From a virus (taxonomy: Duplodnaviria; Caudoviricetes): a stretch of DNA of 55,554 nucleotides. The DNA is taken from positions 1-55,554 of IMG/VR virus record IMGVR_UViG_3300030325_000004. One strand, written 5' to 3'. The position numbers were made by a program, and so were the translations under genes. This document shows, in pieces, positions 23,303 to 34,457 of the stretch (positions are counted from its first letter, which is position 1; every line of letters starts with the position of its first letter). The notes under the pieces were generated by a model. It was not told where the DNA came from. It saw only the letters and a program-made list of their open reading frames with translations, and did no database searches.

Positions 23303-26233
23303 TCACCCTATTTTCCATGCAGAGGCCCCGCCATCATAATACACAGGGACATGGTTAGTGCCCCCACCGGTTACAACGGAGGCGAAAGTGGTTGCGGTTG
23401 CATCCGAGACAAAGGCCCTCATGCCATCAGAACCGGCAGGTAGGGTAGCTACGGTGTAAACAGAAGTCTTGGTGGTAGTCGCCGTGAGCGCGCCCGTGGA
23501 AGCTTTCCCATCCGCGCCCACGAAGAACTTCTCAACCCCTGCATTCCGCAAACTCAGCAGTTTCGCACCGGCGTTTGACAATGCGGTATCTGTGTCCAGG
23601 AAATGCGCTACGGCACTCGCTCCATCAGCCACGCGCCCATCGAATCGTAGCCGCTCCGTTGCCTCGATCTGCCCACTGATTAACGCGCCTGACTTGGTTC
23701 CGCTGACGGTGGGATTGTCCGTGATCTTGAGGACATCGCCGGTTACGCTGAACGCGCCATAAGGGAAACGCCGGATCCATACGGTGTTGGATGCGTTGTT
23801 CGAGGCTAGTGCCCCAGCGATATAAAAAACACCGCCGTAGCTGTTCGTGCTGTTGCCGTTGACGCCGACACTGTTCGTGCTGTTGCCGTTGACGCCGACA
23901 CTGTTCGTGCTGTTGCCGTAGACGCCGACATTGTTCGTGCTGTTGCCGTTGACGCCGGTACTGTTCGTGCTGTTGCCGTAGACGCCGACATTGTTCGTGC
24001 TGTTGCCGTAGACGCCGACATTGTTCGTGCTGTTGCCGTAGACGCCGACATTGTTCGTGCTGTTGCCGTTGACGCCGGTACTGTTCGTGCTGTTGCCGTT
24101 GACGCCGACATAGGTGCGCCCATACAGCGCGAACCAGCCCGTTTTTCCTGTTTCCAGGGTCCAATCGGTTCCGTTTGTAGAATACGCATGGCGGTTCGTC
24201 CCCGTAGCAGCCCGGTCCATGCTAACGGTCCCGCCTGTTGCAGCAGACCCGCCCTGGATGATTAACCAGTAGCTAGTCCCATTCACCAGCGCCGTAGAAA
24301 CCGCAAACTGATAGATAGCGTAGGACGTGGTGAGCGATCCGATCCGGATATAGCTTGTGCCTGAAATCAACGTCCCCGGTGACCCCGCAACGTCCGTGTA
24401 AATCCGCCCATAAATCATAGCAGTGGGATTTGTCAGCGTTGCCGATACCTTGAGCCGTACGCCGAATGATCGGATGTTGTAATCACCAGAAGCCGTGAAC
24501 CGAATAGCCTCGTAAACATTGTCCAGAACCTCATCCACGCCGGTATTGTTTTCGGTTTGAAGCGTGGAGGCGGTCTGAGAGCCATAAACGCTGGGCACGG
24601 TAGCCTGGTCAACGGTTTGGACCGCGTTGAAATAGGGCGCGGTGATCTGTTTACCGGCTCCAATACCACCGGGGGTCGTGATCGCGCCAGTAGTGGTGGA
24701 GGTTGAATCCGTGGCGTTGGTGATGGATGCGCTCGTAGCCGTGAGCGCATCCATGGACAGGTTGCCGATCCCGGTATCCCCCGCCTTGTTGATGGGGGTG
24801 AAGCCTAGTGCAGTCTGGTAGTAAGACGGTAATTGGCCACCTAGTTTGGCCGAATCAACCGCCTGCTGGGAAGCGCCGAGTGCGCCCACCATCGAATAGG
24901 TAATCCCGCCAACCGTTCCGGTAAACGTCGGGCTATTCATCCTTACAAAATCCCCCGTCCCGGTCCCGGTATATTCCGCGCTGGTGAGGTGGTAATACTG
25001 GGAAGCCGTTCCTCCCTGAAGGTTCAACAGGGAGTTATGGTCAGTGACACCAGCGGGCGTAAAAAGCGTCGTGAAGGCTGAATCAATCTGGGTTGCGGTT
25101 GAAGCCCCCTGGCTGACGATGATGCGGCCCACCAGGATCCCGTGGCTCAAGACCTCCGCTGGCAGATTGGCCGGGGGTTGGGATGCCTGAGCCTCGCCCA
25201 GCGAATAGGCCCCTTGGCCAAGGAACACAACCATGTTGTCATCGTTGGTCCCGACTACCCGGTAGATAAAATTGACTGCGTATTTCCCGCCCAGAAGCGT
25301 TTGGAGGTCGGTCCCATCATCGTACTGGGTGTTGTTATATTGGGTGATGGCAGAGAAGGTCCAAACGCCCGCGACATGATATGCCAGCCACATGGTTGCA
25401 GTAGATGAGTTTACCGCAGCCAAAACCGTCTTGACGGCCCCGTGCCACACCGTCCCACCGCCGACCGTGACATACCGCGTGGCGGCTTCACCGAGCCCAA
25501 GTCCACCGGGCTCCACGCGAAACCGCTGGGTCTTTACAATGCTCTGATGAGTTTTGTTCCCCAGCGCGTCACCCAGCTCGTCCCATTCGAGAATGTGCAG
25601 GACCGTCCCACGCCTATAAATGGTATAAACCGGGATAACTGTCGTTTCATTAATGACTGTTACATCGGTGGTGGAGTATATAATGGGCGAACCGGAATTA
25701 TAATCAGCTACAATGAATTGGTTGGTGTTATCAACCATCGTAAGCGTCTGGCCCGCGATGTTGAATCGCTTGATCTTACCGATACCATTCGTATTGGTAA
25801 AGAAGCAATACAGGCCGCTGGTGAAGGTAATGGAACCGTCGCCGTTATCCATATATGTCGGCGCAATCTGCATACCCGCTGACAGACTGGGAGCAGGGTT
25901 AGCCGTTACCACCCAGTCCCCACTCCCGCTGGATTCAATGGTAATGGTCCCATAGGGATAATTGATGAGACGGGTTGCGTTGCCCTCAATCTTGTCGGTC
26001 CCATCGCATACGATGTTGATGTAATTGGTGAGGTTACAGGAGCCATCTTCATCCATGATCATGATGGTCTGCATCATCGTCGTGGACGGGGGAAGATACA
26101 GCATTCGCGGGGCCGTAAGCCCCGAATACATGACCATCCTACCGTTGGCCCCGGTAATCGTATGGTCCGTGTCTACCACCGCTTCTGCGGTGTAATAGAC
26201 AGGGGAATCGTTGGTTACGAGGCTGGTAGTCAC
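23303..26233 (-). CDS. tail fibre / receptor-binding protein
   Basis: Mosaic T/G/S-rich protein; HNSLLNLQGG...YYHLT knot; GVxGNSTNx repeats. Confidence 0.8.
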   Translation of the reverse strand: MTTSLVTNDSPVYYTAEAVVDTDHTITGANGRMVMYSGLTAPRMLYLPPSTTMMQTIMIMDEDGSCNLTNYINIVCDGTDKIEGNATRLINYPYGTITIESSGSGDWVVTANPAPSLSAGMQIAPTYMDNGDGSITFTSGLYCFFTNTNGIGKIKRFNIAGQTLTMVDNTNQFIVADYNSGSPIIYSTTDVTVINETTVIPVYTIYRRGTVLHILEWDELGDALGNKTHQSIVKTQRFRVEPGGLGLGEAATRYVTVGGGTVWHGAVKTVLAAVNSSTATMWLAYHVAGVWTFSAITQYNNTQYDDGTDLQTLLGGKYAVNFIYRVVGTNDDNMVVFLGQGAYSLGEAQASQPPANLPAEVLSHGILVGRIIVSQGASTATQIDSAFTTLFTPAGVTDHNSLLNLQGGTASQYYHLTSAEYTGTGTGDFVRMNSPTFTGTVGGITYSMVGALGASQQAVDSAKLGGQLPSYYQTALGFTPINKAGDTGIGNLSMDALTATSASITNATDSTSTTTGAITTPGGIGAGKQITAPYFNAVQTVDQATVPSVYGSQTASTLQTENNTGVDEVLDNVYEAIRFTASGDYNIRSFGVRLKVSATLTNPTAMIYGRIYTDVAGSPGTLISGTSYIRIGSLTTSYAIYQFAVSTALVNGTSYWLIIQGGSAATGGTVSMDRAATGTNRHAYSTNGTDWTLETGKTGWFALYGRTYVGVNGNSTNSTGVNGNSTNNVGVYGNSTNNVGVYGNSTNNVGVYGNSTNSTGVNGNSTNNVGVYGNSTNSVGVNGNSTNSVGVNGNSTNSYGGVFYIAGALASNNASNTVWIRRFPYGAFSVTGDVLKITDNPTVSGTKSGALISGQIEATERLRFDGRVADGASAVAHFLDTDTALSNAGAKLLSLRNAGVEKFFVGADGKASTGALTATTTKTSVYTVATLPAGSDGMRAFVSDATATTFASVVTGGGTNHVPVYYDGGASAWKIG
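23841..24110 (-). repeat. 9 x 30-bp coding tandem repeat (GV[NY]GNSTN[SN][VT])
   Basis: ctgttcgtgctgttgccgt[ta]gacgccg[ag][ct]a units seen directly. Confidence 0.95.
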
Positions 26234-29200
26234 TGTTCCGACCTACGCATGATCTTACGCTTCTCCCTGAGACCCTGTTTCAGCTTCCACGCCTCAAGGG
26301 ATTCCTTCTCTTCCGGCGTCTGCGTCCCGGCAATGTAGGCCCCCGGCGTAGCATACCCGCGAGGCGGGTTGCCGCTGCTCAATGCTCTGATCTGCTTCAC
26401 GCCAGACATGCTGTTCAACCAAGCCTCCGGTCCACCTCCGGTAAGTGTATCAAACTCATCCTTCAACCCAAAGAAGGGAGAGATATTTACAATACCCTTA
26501 TCGGCCAGAAGAAGAAGTTGGTTCTCAAATGCCTTGTCTTCATCCACCTGATTGCCAGTGATCTTCGACTTGGCCTCATAGTAGCCCCACTTGCCAGCAT
26601 GTTTCAGGAAGTCCATATTCACTCCGGCAACATGCAACATGGAATCGGCCCAATTCACTCCCTTCATGGAGGCGGCCCCTGCGATGGCACCAAGGGCGAT
26701 GATGTGCCGGACCATCTTTGCGGAGTCCTCGGACCCGAAGATGTCTTTTGAACCAGAGAGCCCGCGACGGACGATTTTGGCGTGTAGTTCACCAAGCTTC
26801 TGAGGCGTCTGTGTGAACATCACCGCCCATCGGGAGGCTGGGTTCTTGATGTATTCAGCCGCGTCAGCCCCCCCACGGAAGTTGTAGTCAAGGATGTTGA
26901 GGATCATCCCATTCATGGTTTTCTCAAACGGGATATTACGGCCCTTCTCGATGGAAGAGAGAATATTCAACCCGTTCTCGAAAGCTTCGACCGCCTTCAC
27001 GGGCTGGGCCAGCGCATTCTTGATGAACAACCGGGTATTGCCAATGGCCTTCGCCCCCTTGGACCCCGCGATCTTAGACTCAATGGGATCGGTCAGGCCG
27101 GAAACAAAGGGGTTCTCCTGAAGCATCCCGAGAATTTCTCTGGTTCCGTAGAATTGGTGGACCAATTGCGCCTTGGCTCTCCAGTCAGGCTTCTGGATAC
27201 CGAGTTTATCCATGATGCCGCGCAAAACGGGGTTCCCGGCGATCCGCGCCTCGACCAGATCCTTACCTCCTGGGGCCAGCCACGCATGGTGCTCTCCCAG
27301 CATATTGGCCAGTTTGTAGAGGTGCTTGTAGCCCGTGCGCGGGTTGAAGGCCAGAAGCCGGAAAGTCTCGTAAGCCTTTAGATGATCAACAATCCTTGAG
27401 ATCGGGTTGACCTCCTTCGGACGCTGCATGTTGGACAACATTGACTCGACATATGCCGCCGCGTTAGGGGCATAATTCTCGCTACCGGGATTTGCGTATC
27501 CCTCTAGGTTCTTGGGGTCCACCATGGGACGCCACTTATCCATGATCGGCTGCATCGCCAGCTTCTTCGCCACGGTTGGAACATAGAGCGAAGCAGAGCC
27601 ATAGGCAGAGGGAAGCCACGAAGAAGAATCTTCCATGCGGCTGGCGAACTTCAGGATCTCCGGGATTCGCTTTGCAGCACCGGGCATCATCGAAACCTGG
27701 AAAGCCTCGGGGTCCAATTGGCGGATCAGGTGGGGGACATAATCTTCGTCAAGCGTGGGGATCCCGGCCTTGTCGAGTTTGGCCTTGAAAGCTTGCATGG
27801 CCTCACGGTAGGCATCAGCCGCCTTGCGCTCTTGGGGGGTAAGACCCGGAACTTCCTTCCCCTCTGCCGCCAGATAAATTCTGGCATCGGCATATTTGCT
27901 TGCGAAATCCTTGATCATGGCGTCCTTGCGAGCCAAGATGCCTTTCAGGATCCCGCTAAGGGTGGTGTGCATATCACCGTTGCGCTCATCCCAAGTATCG
28001 AGATCCGTCTTCGCTTTCTGGATCGCCTCAGCGTTCTTTGATTCCTTGGCGGAATTCAATTTATCCACCAGTTCCCGGCGGGCAGAATCCAGAGGGAAGA
28101 AGCGTTCCGCGTTCCTTCGGAAGGTCTTGAATAGCGGGGCGATCTCCTTCTGCATCTCGGCAGAATTGTCACCGAAAGGCTTCAGGATGTCCTGGAAAAA
28201 CCGTGTGGTTTCTCCGCGCATCATGACCATATGGGTTGCGGCCTTCTGCATATCAACGGTCGGCCCCTCTGCGGTCGGCCAGATGCCATCCTCGATGATA
28301 TGCGGAGACAGCATGAACCGCTTTACATCATCGGATTTGGAGAACTTCATATCCTTAAGGACGGGGAGAGCTAACCCCGTAACCATTGTGTCGGAGATTG
28401 GCATGATTCTTCCAGATCCATCGTATTGGTGCTGGATCATGCCGCGCTTGTCGGCCTCATTGAAGAACTCAACTACGGGATTCTTCTCCTTCCAGGTCCA
28501 GATATCCTTCATAGCCCTGGCGGGTTCCGCTACGGATTCCTTGAGAGCCGTGGTCACTCGCTCTCCAATATCCTGCACGGCCTTGGTTTCCACGGGTTTG
28601 ACAGATTCCTGGGGCGGGATCTTCTCTCCGGGGAATGAATACTTCTGCCATGCCGCGTGGCGGGCTGCCTTCGCTTCGGTAGAATCACCGGGGTAGAATT
28701 CCTTCAGCATCTCCGCAAATTCTTGGCGATGCGCCTGCTTTTCAGCCTTGATATCGGGTCCGATGGCGCCCAGCTGCGATTCGCGGGTTCCCGAAATGGC
28801 ATTGTGGAAGTGCTCCGCGAGTGCCTGCGCGACATCACGGCTAATGCCCTTAATCTTGGACATAATCCTGACCACGGTTTCCTTGACCGTGGCACCAAGC
28901 TTGCCGATCCGCCCCATCACCTCGCGGCCAAGGTCTGCGTCAGTGGCACCTTCAGGTAGACCCAGTTCGCGCTTGGCGGCCTCTGCCGTGTCGCGGAGAG
29001 CTCTCGGGATATCAAGCCCAGAGTAAAGATCACCCGTCATTCCACGGCCCATTTCATGGACCTGCATGACCTTATTCCCAAACCTGCCAAGGACGGCCTG
29101 GTCGTTTCCTAACCCTTGGCTATTCTGGACCTGTGGCCCTCCAGTTTTACCGGAAACCATGATGATGGCCTCGCCATTCCTGACGGGGGCATCGGGCTGC

Positions 29201-31314
29201 GGACCAAGGTTGGTTACATTGCCAGTGCGATCCACGCGATAGTAATTGTCACCCCTCTGGGCCCTTTGGATTTCTTCGTTGGACAGAAGGTTTGAGCCGG
29301 ATCCCTGGGGGGTTAGGCCACCCTGCTCTGCATTGCGGGACACTGCGGCTTCCGACCAAGCCTTATTGGCTCCATCCACACCACCGATGGTCTGATAGAA
29401 CGCCCTGAAGTCTTCGTCGGACATCTTATCCCGCATGTCCGCGAGCCATTCGGATGCGTTCCTATACCCATCCTTACTAGCGGCAGCCACCAGATCAGCG
29501 ACTCGGCCCGGAATATCAGCGGTCCCTTCGCCCTGAGACACATCCGGGCCAATGGCACCGCGTTCACTACCCGGCTTCTTCATTTCGGCTTTCAGGTTTT
29601 CCCATGCCTGACGGGTATTCTCCCAGCCCATTTCTTCCGGGGCTTTACCTGTATTCTCAAGGATGCGCTGTTCAACATCAGCAAGTTCGTTGCGGAGACC
29701 TTCGACCGTCTTCTGCGCGATCCTACGGCCCTCCGGCCCACGCTTTCTTCCTGCGTTGGTAGCCTGTTCGGTGGCGCTCTGGATATCTGCCAGAAGCTGC
29801 TCACGCCTCTGGTTCAGTGCTTCGATGGTATCGGCCTGTTCGCCAAGGCCGGATTCAACCTCAAAGCGTCTCTGGGACTGACTAACCGGCTGCTCGGCGG
29901 GGATGGGTTCTTGCGACGGTTCTGGCTTTAGTTCCTCTGCGGGGATATTGGTTTCTGGAAGCGCACCAGCCTCCTTGCGCAGCCTCATCGCCTTAGCCGG
30001 ATCTCCAGACTCTAACGCCCGCTTCGCCTCGGCAAGAATGGATTCGCGGGTTCTGGTGGGTTCAGATTCGGCGATTGGCGCAGCAGTTTCCGCGACACGC
30101 TCGGGTTCTTCACCAATACCGCTGGGTTCGATCACTGGCTTTGCGGGTTCCTTGCCGCGAACCAGATCCCGCGCACCTCCAACAGCGGCCCCGACCAATT
30201 TGGGGACGGCATGGAAGGCGATGCCCATCTTGATATCATCTAGGCGGCGCTGGAGATTAGCAGCAGCTTCAGTGGGAGAGCCGCCCAATGGCGCGGCGGC
30301 CTCCGAAATGGCATCATTGGCAGCCCCCATCGCCGTGAAGTCTACGGCAGATTTGGTTGCGCCAACCAATAAGTCCGATACAAATTTACTGACAGGACCG
30401 CGTCCACCAAGAGCGATCTCTTTGGTTAGGGCACTCCATAGAGCCGGGTATTGAGACGAAAGGACTGGCTCTAGCGCAGTGGATGCGGTCTTTGTGATTC
30501 GGCCAGCCGCACCAATTGTCGCTCCGATACCCCCCTGGGCCAACCCGGAGAGCTGCGCCGAGGCTTCATCAGCCCCTCGCTCTTTGGCGGATTCGTAACC
30601 GGCCTCATACATACCGGTTCCCATGGTAAGCGGAGCCAGTGGTGTCAAGTGAGGCGCAACCCCACCGATCACGGCTCCAATTTTCCCCATGGTAGTCTTG
30701 GCTTCTGGCATCGGGGTTTCTTTGATTTGCCGCGAAATTTCCGATGCGGCCCCAGTCAGTGGATTCGCCTGTTGCCCGCGAATGGTCCCGGTGTCAGCGC
30801 CCTCGCCAATCGGGAATGCCTCACCAGCATATCTGAGTAGTCCAGCAGTAGTTTCCTGCGCCGAGCGTTTCCCGTGCGCATAAAACTGTTCCCCAAATTC
30901 CTTGATTGGGCTTTGTTCACGGCTGATTGCACCTGCCCTCATACCCGGAATGATTTCCGTAATCCCCGCCCGCTTTGTCTGGTGGGCGCTCATCATCGGC
31001 ATGGACGCAGATCTGGCCGCCCAAGCGTTGGCGGCCTGCGTAGCCTCTTCCGGGTTATTGTAGACGCCGATATGATTGCCCGTTTCCCAATATTGCCTCT
31101 GCGCTTCTTCATCCGTCAAATCGCGTCCAGAGGCATCGCGGGTTGGGATTAGAGCGATCTTACCTCCGGGCATGGGATGGGCCATGACACCGGGATTTGC
31201 AGGAGGAGCCGTTGTCGCATCCGGGGGCGCTACATAATCAGGGGGCGGAACATACCCAGTCTCACCCCCGGCGTCAGGAGGAGAAACATAGTCGGGAGGC
31301 GGCACATAAGGCAT
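26230..31314 (-). CDS. large internal virion / DNA ejection protein
   Basis: 1694 aa, largely helical, third of three genes in the podovirus ejection-protein position. Confidence 0.65.
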   Translation of the reverse strand: MPYVPPPDYVSPPDAGGETGYVPPPDYVAPPDATTAPPANPGVMAHPMPGGKIALIPTRDASGRDLTDEEAQRQYWETGNHIGVYNNPEEATQAANAWAARSASMPMMSAHQTKRAGITEIIPGMRAGAISREQSPIKEFGEQFYAHGKRSAQETTAGLLRYAGEAFPIGEGADTGTIRGQQANPLTGAASEISRQIKETPMPEAKTTMGKIGAVIGGVAPHLTPLAPLTMGTGMYEAGYESAKERGADEASAQLSGLAQGGIGATIGAAGRITKTASTALEPVLSSQYPALWSALTKEIALGGRGPVSKFVSDLLVGATKSAVDFTAMGAANDAISEAAAPLGGSPTEAAANLQRRLDDIKMGIAFHAVPKLVGAAVGGARDLVRGKEPAKPVIEPSGIGEEPERVAETAAPIAESEPTRTRESILAEAKRALESGDPAKAMRLRKEAGALPETNIPAEELKPEPSQEPIPAEQPVSQSQRRFEVESGLGEQADTIEALNQRREQLLADIQSATEQATNAGRKRGPEGRRIAQKTVEGLRNELADVEQRILENTGKAPEEMGWENTRQAWENLKAEMKKPGSERGAIGPDVSQGEGTADIPGRVADLVAAASKDGYRNASEWLADMRDKMSDEDFRAFYQTIGGVDGANKAWSEAAVSRNAEQGGLTPQGSGSNLLSNEEIQRAQRGDNYYRVDRTGNVTNLGPQPDAPVRNGEAIIMVSGKTGGPQVQNSQGLGNDQAVLGRFGNKVMQVHEMGRGMTGDLYSGLDIPRALRDTAEAAKRELGLPEGATDADLGREVMGRIGKLGATVKETVVRIMSKIKGISRDVAQALAEHFHNAISGTRESQLGAIGPDIKAEKQAHRQEFAEMLKEFYPGDSTEAKAARHAAWQKYSFPGEKIPPQESVKPVETKAVQDIGERVTTALKESVAEPARAMKDIWTWKEKNPVVEFFNEADKRGMIQHQYDGSGRIMPISDTMVTGLALPVLKDMKFSKSDDVKRFMLSPHIIEDGIWPTAEGPTVDMQKAATHMVMMRGETTRFFQDILKPFGDNSAEMQKEIAPLFKTFRRNAERFFPLDSARRELVDKLNSAKESKNAEAIQKAKTDLDTWDERNGDMHTTLSGILKGILARKDAMIKDFASKYADARIYLAAEGKEVPGLTPQERKAADAYREAMQAFKAKLDKAGIPTLDEDYVPHLIRQLDPEAFQVSMMPGAAKRIPEILKFASRMEDSSSWLPSAYGSASLYVPTVAKKLAMQPIMDKWRPMVDPKNLEGYANPGSENYAPNAAAYVESMLSNMQRPKEVNPISRIVDHLKAYETFRLLAFNPRTGYKHLYKLANMLGEHHAWLAPGGKDLVEARIAGNPVLRGIMDKLGIQKPDWRAKAQLVHQFYGTREILGMLQENPFVSGLTDPIESKIAGSKGAKAIGNTRLFIKNALAQPVKAVEAFENGLNILSSIEKGRNIPFEKTMNGMILNILDYNFRGGADAAEYIKNPASRWAVMFTQTPQKLGELHAKIVRRGLSGSKDIFGSEDSAKMVRHIIALGAIAGAASMKGVNWADSMLHVAGVNMDFLKHAGKWGYYEAKSKITGNQVDEDKAFENQLLLLADKGIVNISPFFGLKDEFDTLTGGGPEAWLNSMSGVKQIRALSSGNPPRGYATPGAYIAGTQTPEEKESLEAWKLKQGLREKRKIMRRSEQ

Positions 31315-31324
31315 CTAATCTCCG

Positions 31325-32641
31325 CTACTTATTTGGAACCCACTTGCCAAGGGGGCCAGAGAATTTCCATGCACCCGTGGGGGAAATTTCCCCATCGTAG
31401 TTCTGCTTGGGTTGTTCAGGTGTTGCCGCCTTGGGGGAGGGGATATGTTGGCGAGGCTGAAGCAGATTAGCCCGCGCTTCATTGATGAGGTTCTGAAGCT
31501 CATAATAGCGCACGGAACGGGGATTATTGGGATCCTGTGCCGGGGCCTGCCCCATCGCATTGAGATACTGTTTCTGCTCCGCCTGGAGTGACCGGATCTG
31601 GATATTCAGTGCGTTCTGGACATTCGTCTTGGCAGTGCTGACGCGAGGATCGTCCTTGACGAATTCATAGATTTCCTGATCCGTAGCGCCGGGATGAAGT
31701 TTTCTCGCATCTTCTTCAGCGGCATCCCAGAGAAGCTGTTTGGCGGGAGTCTTCGCTCCGGTAGGCCCAAACACCGTTTTCTGCGCCGTAAGCTTCTGCT
31801 GTGCGATATCCTCAAGCGCCTTGCGATGGGACTCCAGACTCCTCTGGTTTGCAGCAGCAGTGGCAGCACGCTCTTTCGCCGCTTCCGCCAGTGACTTCCG
31901 GTATTCAATCATTGGCATGGCTTCAGCCATCTTGGTCGGGTCTGCCGCGATCATGCTTGCGACTTCCTTGGGAACCAAACTCTGTGATCCATCGCTATGC
32001 GTGATAGCGACCTTGCCGGGATCATCAGGGTCAATACCAATGGATTTGACATCAAAACCAACCGAATTCAGATAGGGTACGGCTGACTGGTAGGATCCGC
32101 TGGCCATCGCTCTACCAGCCTGCTGGAGCGCCATGTTCTGATGCATCTGGCCGAACTGCATGGCCTGTTCATTCAGTTTCATAGCCGACAGACCAAACCC
32201 CTTCTTCTGCAACATCTGGGCGCGCTGGGAAAGCTCATAAGCCTGACGCTGGTAGGGAGTTACATACTCAGTCGGTTTAACAAGTCGCGTGTCCTGTGGA
32301 GCATTTATTGCCTCCATCTGGGACGCCGTAGGCGCATTAGGAATAGCCGTGGCTGAAGGCAACCCATTCGAGGCCATTGACGCCTGCGTTTCTGGCGATA
32401 CGGCGGCCATTGGCAGGCTATTTAAAAGTGCCGTATTGGGGCTCGTCTGCTGAGGAACCTGCGCCGATAGCGCCTCGTTCAATGCCTGCTGTTCAGCCTG
32501 CTGACGCTGGAGCGCCTGCATCTGGAGGCCCTGCATGTTCATCGCCAGAGCCGCCTGCTGACGGTTCTGCATCTGCTGTTGGGCACCCGCGATTCCGGCC
32601 CCAATCCCATAAGCCATTCCAAAGGGGGAAGAAGGCATCAT
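31325..32641 (-). CDS. internal virion / ejection protein
   Basis: Q/A-rich; position. Confidence 0.65.
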   Translation of the reverse strand: MMPSSPFGMAYGIGAGIAGAQQQMQNRQQAALAMNMQGLQMQALQRQQAEQQALNEALSAQVPQQTSPNTALLNSLPMAAVSPETQASMASNGLPSATAIPNAPTASQMEAINAPQDTRLVKPTEYVTPYQRQAYELSQRAQMLQKKGFGLSAMKLNEQAMQFGQMHQNMALQQAGRAMASGSYQSAVPYLNSVGFDVKSIGIDPDDPGKVAITHSDGSQSLVPKEVASMIAADPTKMAEAMPMIEYRKSLAEAAKERAATAAANQRSLESHRKALEDIAQQKLTAQKTVFGPTGAKTPAKQLLWDAAEEDARKLHPGATDQEIYEFVKDDPRVSTAKTNVQNALNIQIRSLQAEQKQYLNAMGQAPAQDPNNPRSVRYYELQNLINEARANLLQPRQHIPSPKAATPEQPKQNYDGEISPTGAWKFSGPLGKWVPNK

Positions 32642-32651
32642 TTACTCCTAA

Positions 32652-33380
32652 TCACGGGGCGGTGGGGGGTGTTGGGATTGGACCTTCCGCCATGGGCAGA
32701 CCATAGACTTGCGCTGGAGGAAGTGCCATGTTGGCATTCTGGTAGGCCGCCCCAACTTGCTGGACGCTCATCGGGGCCTGATAGGGCTGGTTCATGCCCT
32801 GGAGCGCATAGCCCAGATTACCGAGGTTCTGTCCAAATCCCTGCCATCCCTGGGCCGCCGCCTGGTTATACATACCCGCCTGCTGGCCGTAGAGATTGGA
32901 GAGGTTCTGCATCCCACCCATGTAGGCACCACCAGCCTGCTGGATCTGCCCGCGACCAGTCAACTGCATCCCCAGATTGCGCCGGTTGATAAGTCCCTGA
33001 CCGTAGGCCCCACTCAATGCCCCGGCCTGACCAAGCGCGGCACCTCGCATGGCACCAACATCTAGACCAGAACCTGCCACGCCGCGCATGGCCATGGAAG
33101 AAGAAATGTTGCGAAGTGCATCACCATAATTCTGCTTGATGGCCGCGTAGTTCTTCTCGTAATCAAGAGGCTGGGTGGACCGCGCTTCGGCCCCTAGTTG
33201 CTCCTCGACCGGCCCATAGAGCCCCATGTAGCGGTCATACATCTGCTTACGGAAGTCCAGATCGGCTTGGGCCATCTGCTGCTGCTGAGACATGGCCTTA
33301 GAACCAGCCTTGCTGGACTTACTGGCACCATAAAGGGAGGCACCTGCACCAACACCAGCCGCAGTAATGACACCAGACAT
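32652..33380 (-). CDS. DNA transfer (pilot) protein, P22 gp7-like
   Basis: AAGVGAGASLYGASKSSKA N-terminus; G/Q/A-rich. Confidence 0.7.
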   Translation of the reverse strand: MSGVITAAGVGAGASLYGASKSSKAGSKAMSQQQQMAQADLDFRKQMYDRYMGLYGPVEEQLGAEARSTQPLDYEKNYAAIKQNYGDALRNISSSMAMRGVAGSGLDVGAMRGAALGQAGALSGAYGQGLINRRNLGMQLTGRGQIQQAGGAYMGGMQNLSNLYGQQAGMYNQAAAQGWQGFGQNLGNLGYALQGMNQPYQAPMSVQQVGAAYQNANMALPPAQVYGLPMAEGPIPTPPTAP

Positions 33381-33381
33381 A

Positions 33382-33909
33382 TTAAACCTCCACTGCTAAT
33401 ATAGTATCGCCATAAAGAATGTGGTCCAGTTCTTCATATGTTTCGGCATAGATTTCTTTTTCGGCAGACTCAACATCGGTAGCATTGACAGAAGTCAGGC
33501 AGGTCCAAACGACATCAGTATGGCAATAGCCGAATCTCTTGGCCCCCGCTGGAGAGGCGTAAATATGAGGTCCCCGGACCCTACCATTGAACGCTTCAGA
33601 CCGGACGGTGATTTCTCCATGGGACAAGATGATCATTTGCGGGACTTTATAGATCTTCCCGGTCAACACAGTCCCCTTCGGGGCGACCATCGTCCTCGCA
33701 TAAATGCCTGCCCCGAAATGATGCTCGATGGGGATCTCGACTTGGGGCAGTTCCATCAACCGCTTTTCAACGGCCATGATTCGCTCGCGGAACGGCATGG
33801 AAGAATCATCAAAATCCATAAGTGCAGACATATCGCTCTTCTCTGCCGAATGGACAGCCTGCTTTGCCTTGATGACCGAATTAGGCCGTAAGATCAATGA
33901 TCTCTCCAT
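33382..33909 (-). CDS. cupin-like protein of the virion module
   Basis: HHFGAGIYARTM...GTVLTGKI...SPAGAKR. Confidence 0.75.
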   Translation of the reverse strand: MERSLILRPNSVIKAKQAVHSAEKSDMSALMDFDDSSMPFRERIMAVEKRLMELPQVEIPIEHHFGAGIYARTMVAPKGTVLTGKIYKVPQMIILSHGEITVRSEAFNGRVRGPHIYASPAGAKRFGYCHTDVVWTCLTSVNATDVESAEKEIYAETYEELDHILYGDTILAVEV

Positions 33910-34456
33910 CGTTCACGAAAAGCGGGAGTTCGGGATGGGCGGGGAAGATCGGTGGGATATCCTCGATCTTGCTCTTGACGGACCACCAATAGAGGGCCTT
34001 GCCGGGCCAACCGGCCTTTGCAGTATCCTTGAACATCTGTTCATCCAAAAGATCCAAATAGTCGATATGCCCTGTGATCCGGTTCCCGTGAAGATCAACC
34101 TCCTTGAACCCCAAACCGATGAGATTCCTGCCAGCTCGCGGGTTATTGGGTTTGACCGATCCATAAAGCCGATTGCAGTCGGTATCCGTGAAGATTTTTC
34201 GGATGGCCTTACGCATGGCACCGACTGCTTCCATCCCCCATGCCGAGGGCAGAAACGCGGTCAACCCAAGATACTGGCCATCCCCAAGTGCTTCAGCCAT
34301 CATCACGCCCTTACCAGGAACCACCAGTGTCCACATCAAATCAATTGATTCGGTAGAATCAAGCTCGTGATCCCCGAACCAAATATGGGGCCGGACCTTC
34401 GGGTGATTCAGGACGGAATTGATGAATGGCACATCAGCCTTGGTCGCAAGGTGCAT
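33881..34456 (-). CDS. GNAT-like protein (DUF2824 / P22 gp14-like)
   Basis: INSVLNHPKVRP...FLPSAWG...NPRAGR...GF. Confidence 0.65.
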   Translation of the reverse strand: MHLATKADVPFINSVLNHPKVRPHIWFGDHELDSTESIDLMWTLVVPGKGVMMAEALGDGQYLGLTAFLPSAWGMEAVGAMRKAIRKIFTDTDCNRLYGSVKPNNPRAGRNLIGLGFKEVDLHGNRITGHIDYLDLLDEQMFKDTAKAGWPGKALYWWSVKSKIEDIPPIFPAHPELPLFVNDGEIIDLTA

Positions 34457-34457
34457 G

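Noticed and set aside
23841-24110. CRISPR array or DGR template (AAC-rich repeats)
   Set aside because: Contiguous in-frame coding repeats with no spacers. I saw no reverse transcriptase and no separate TR/VR pair.
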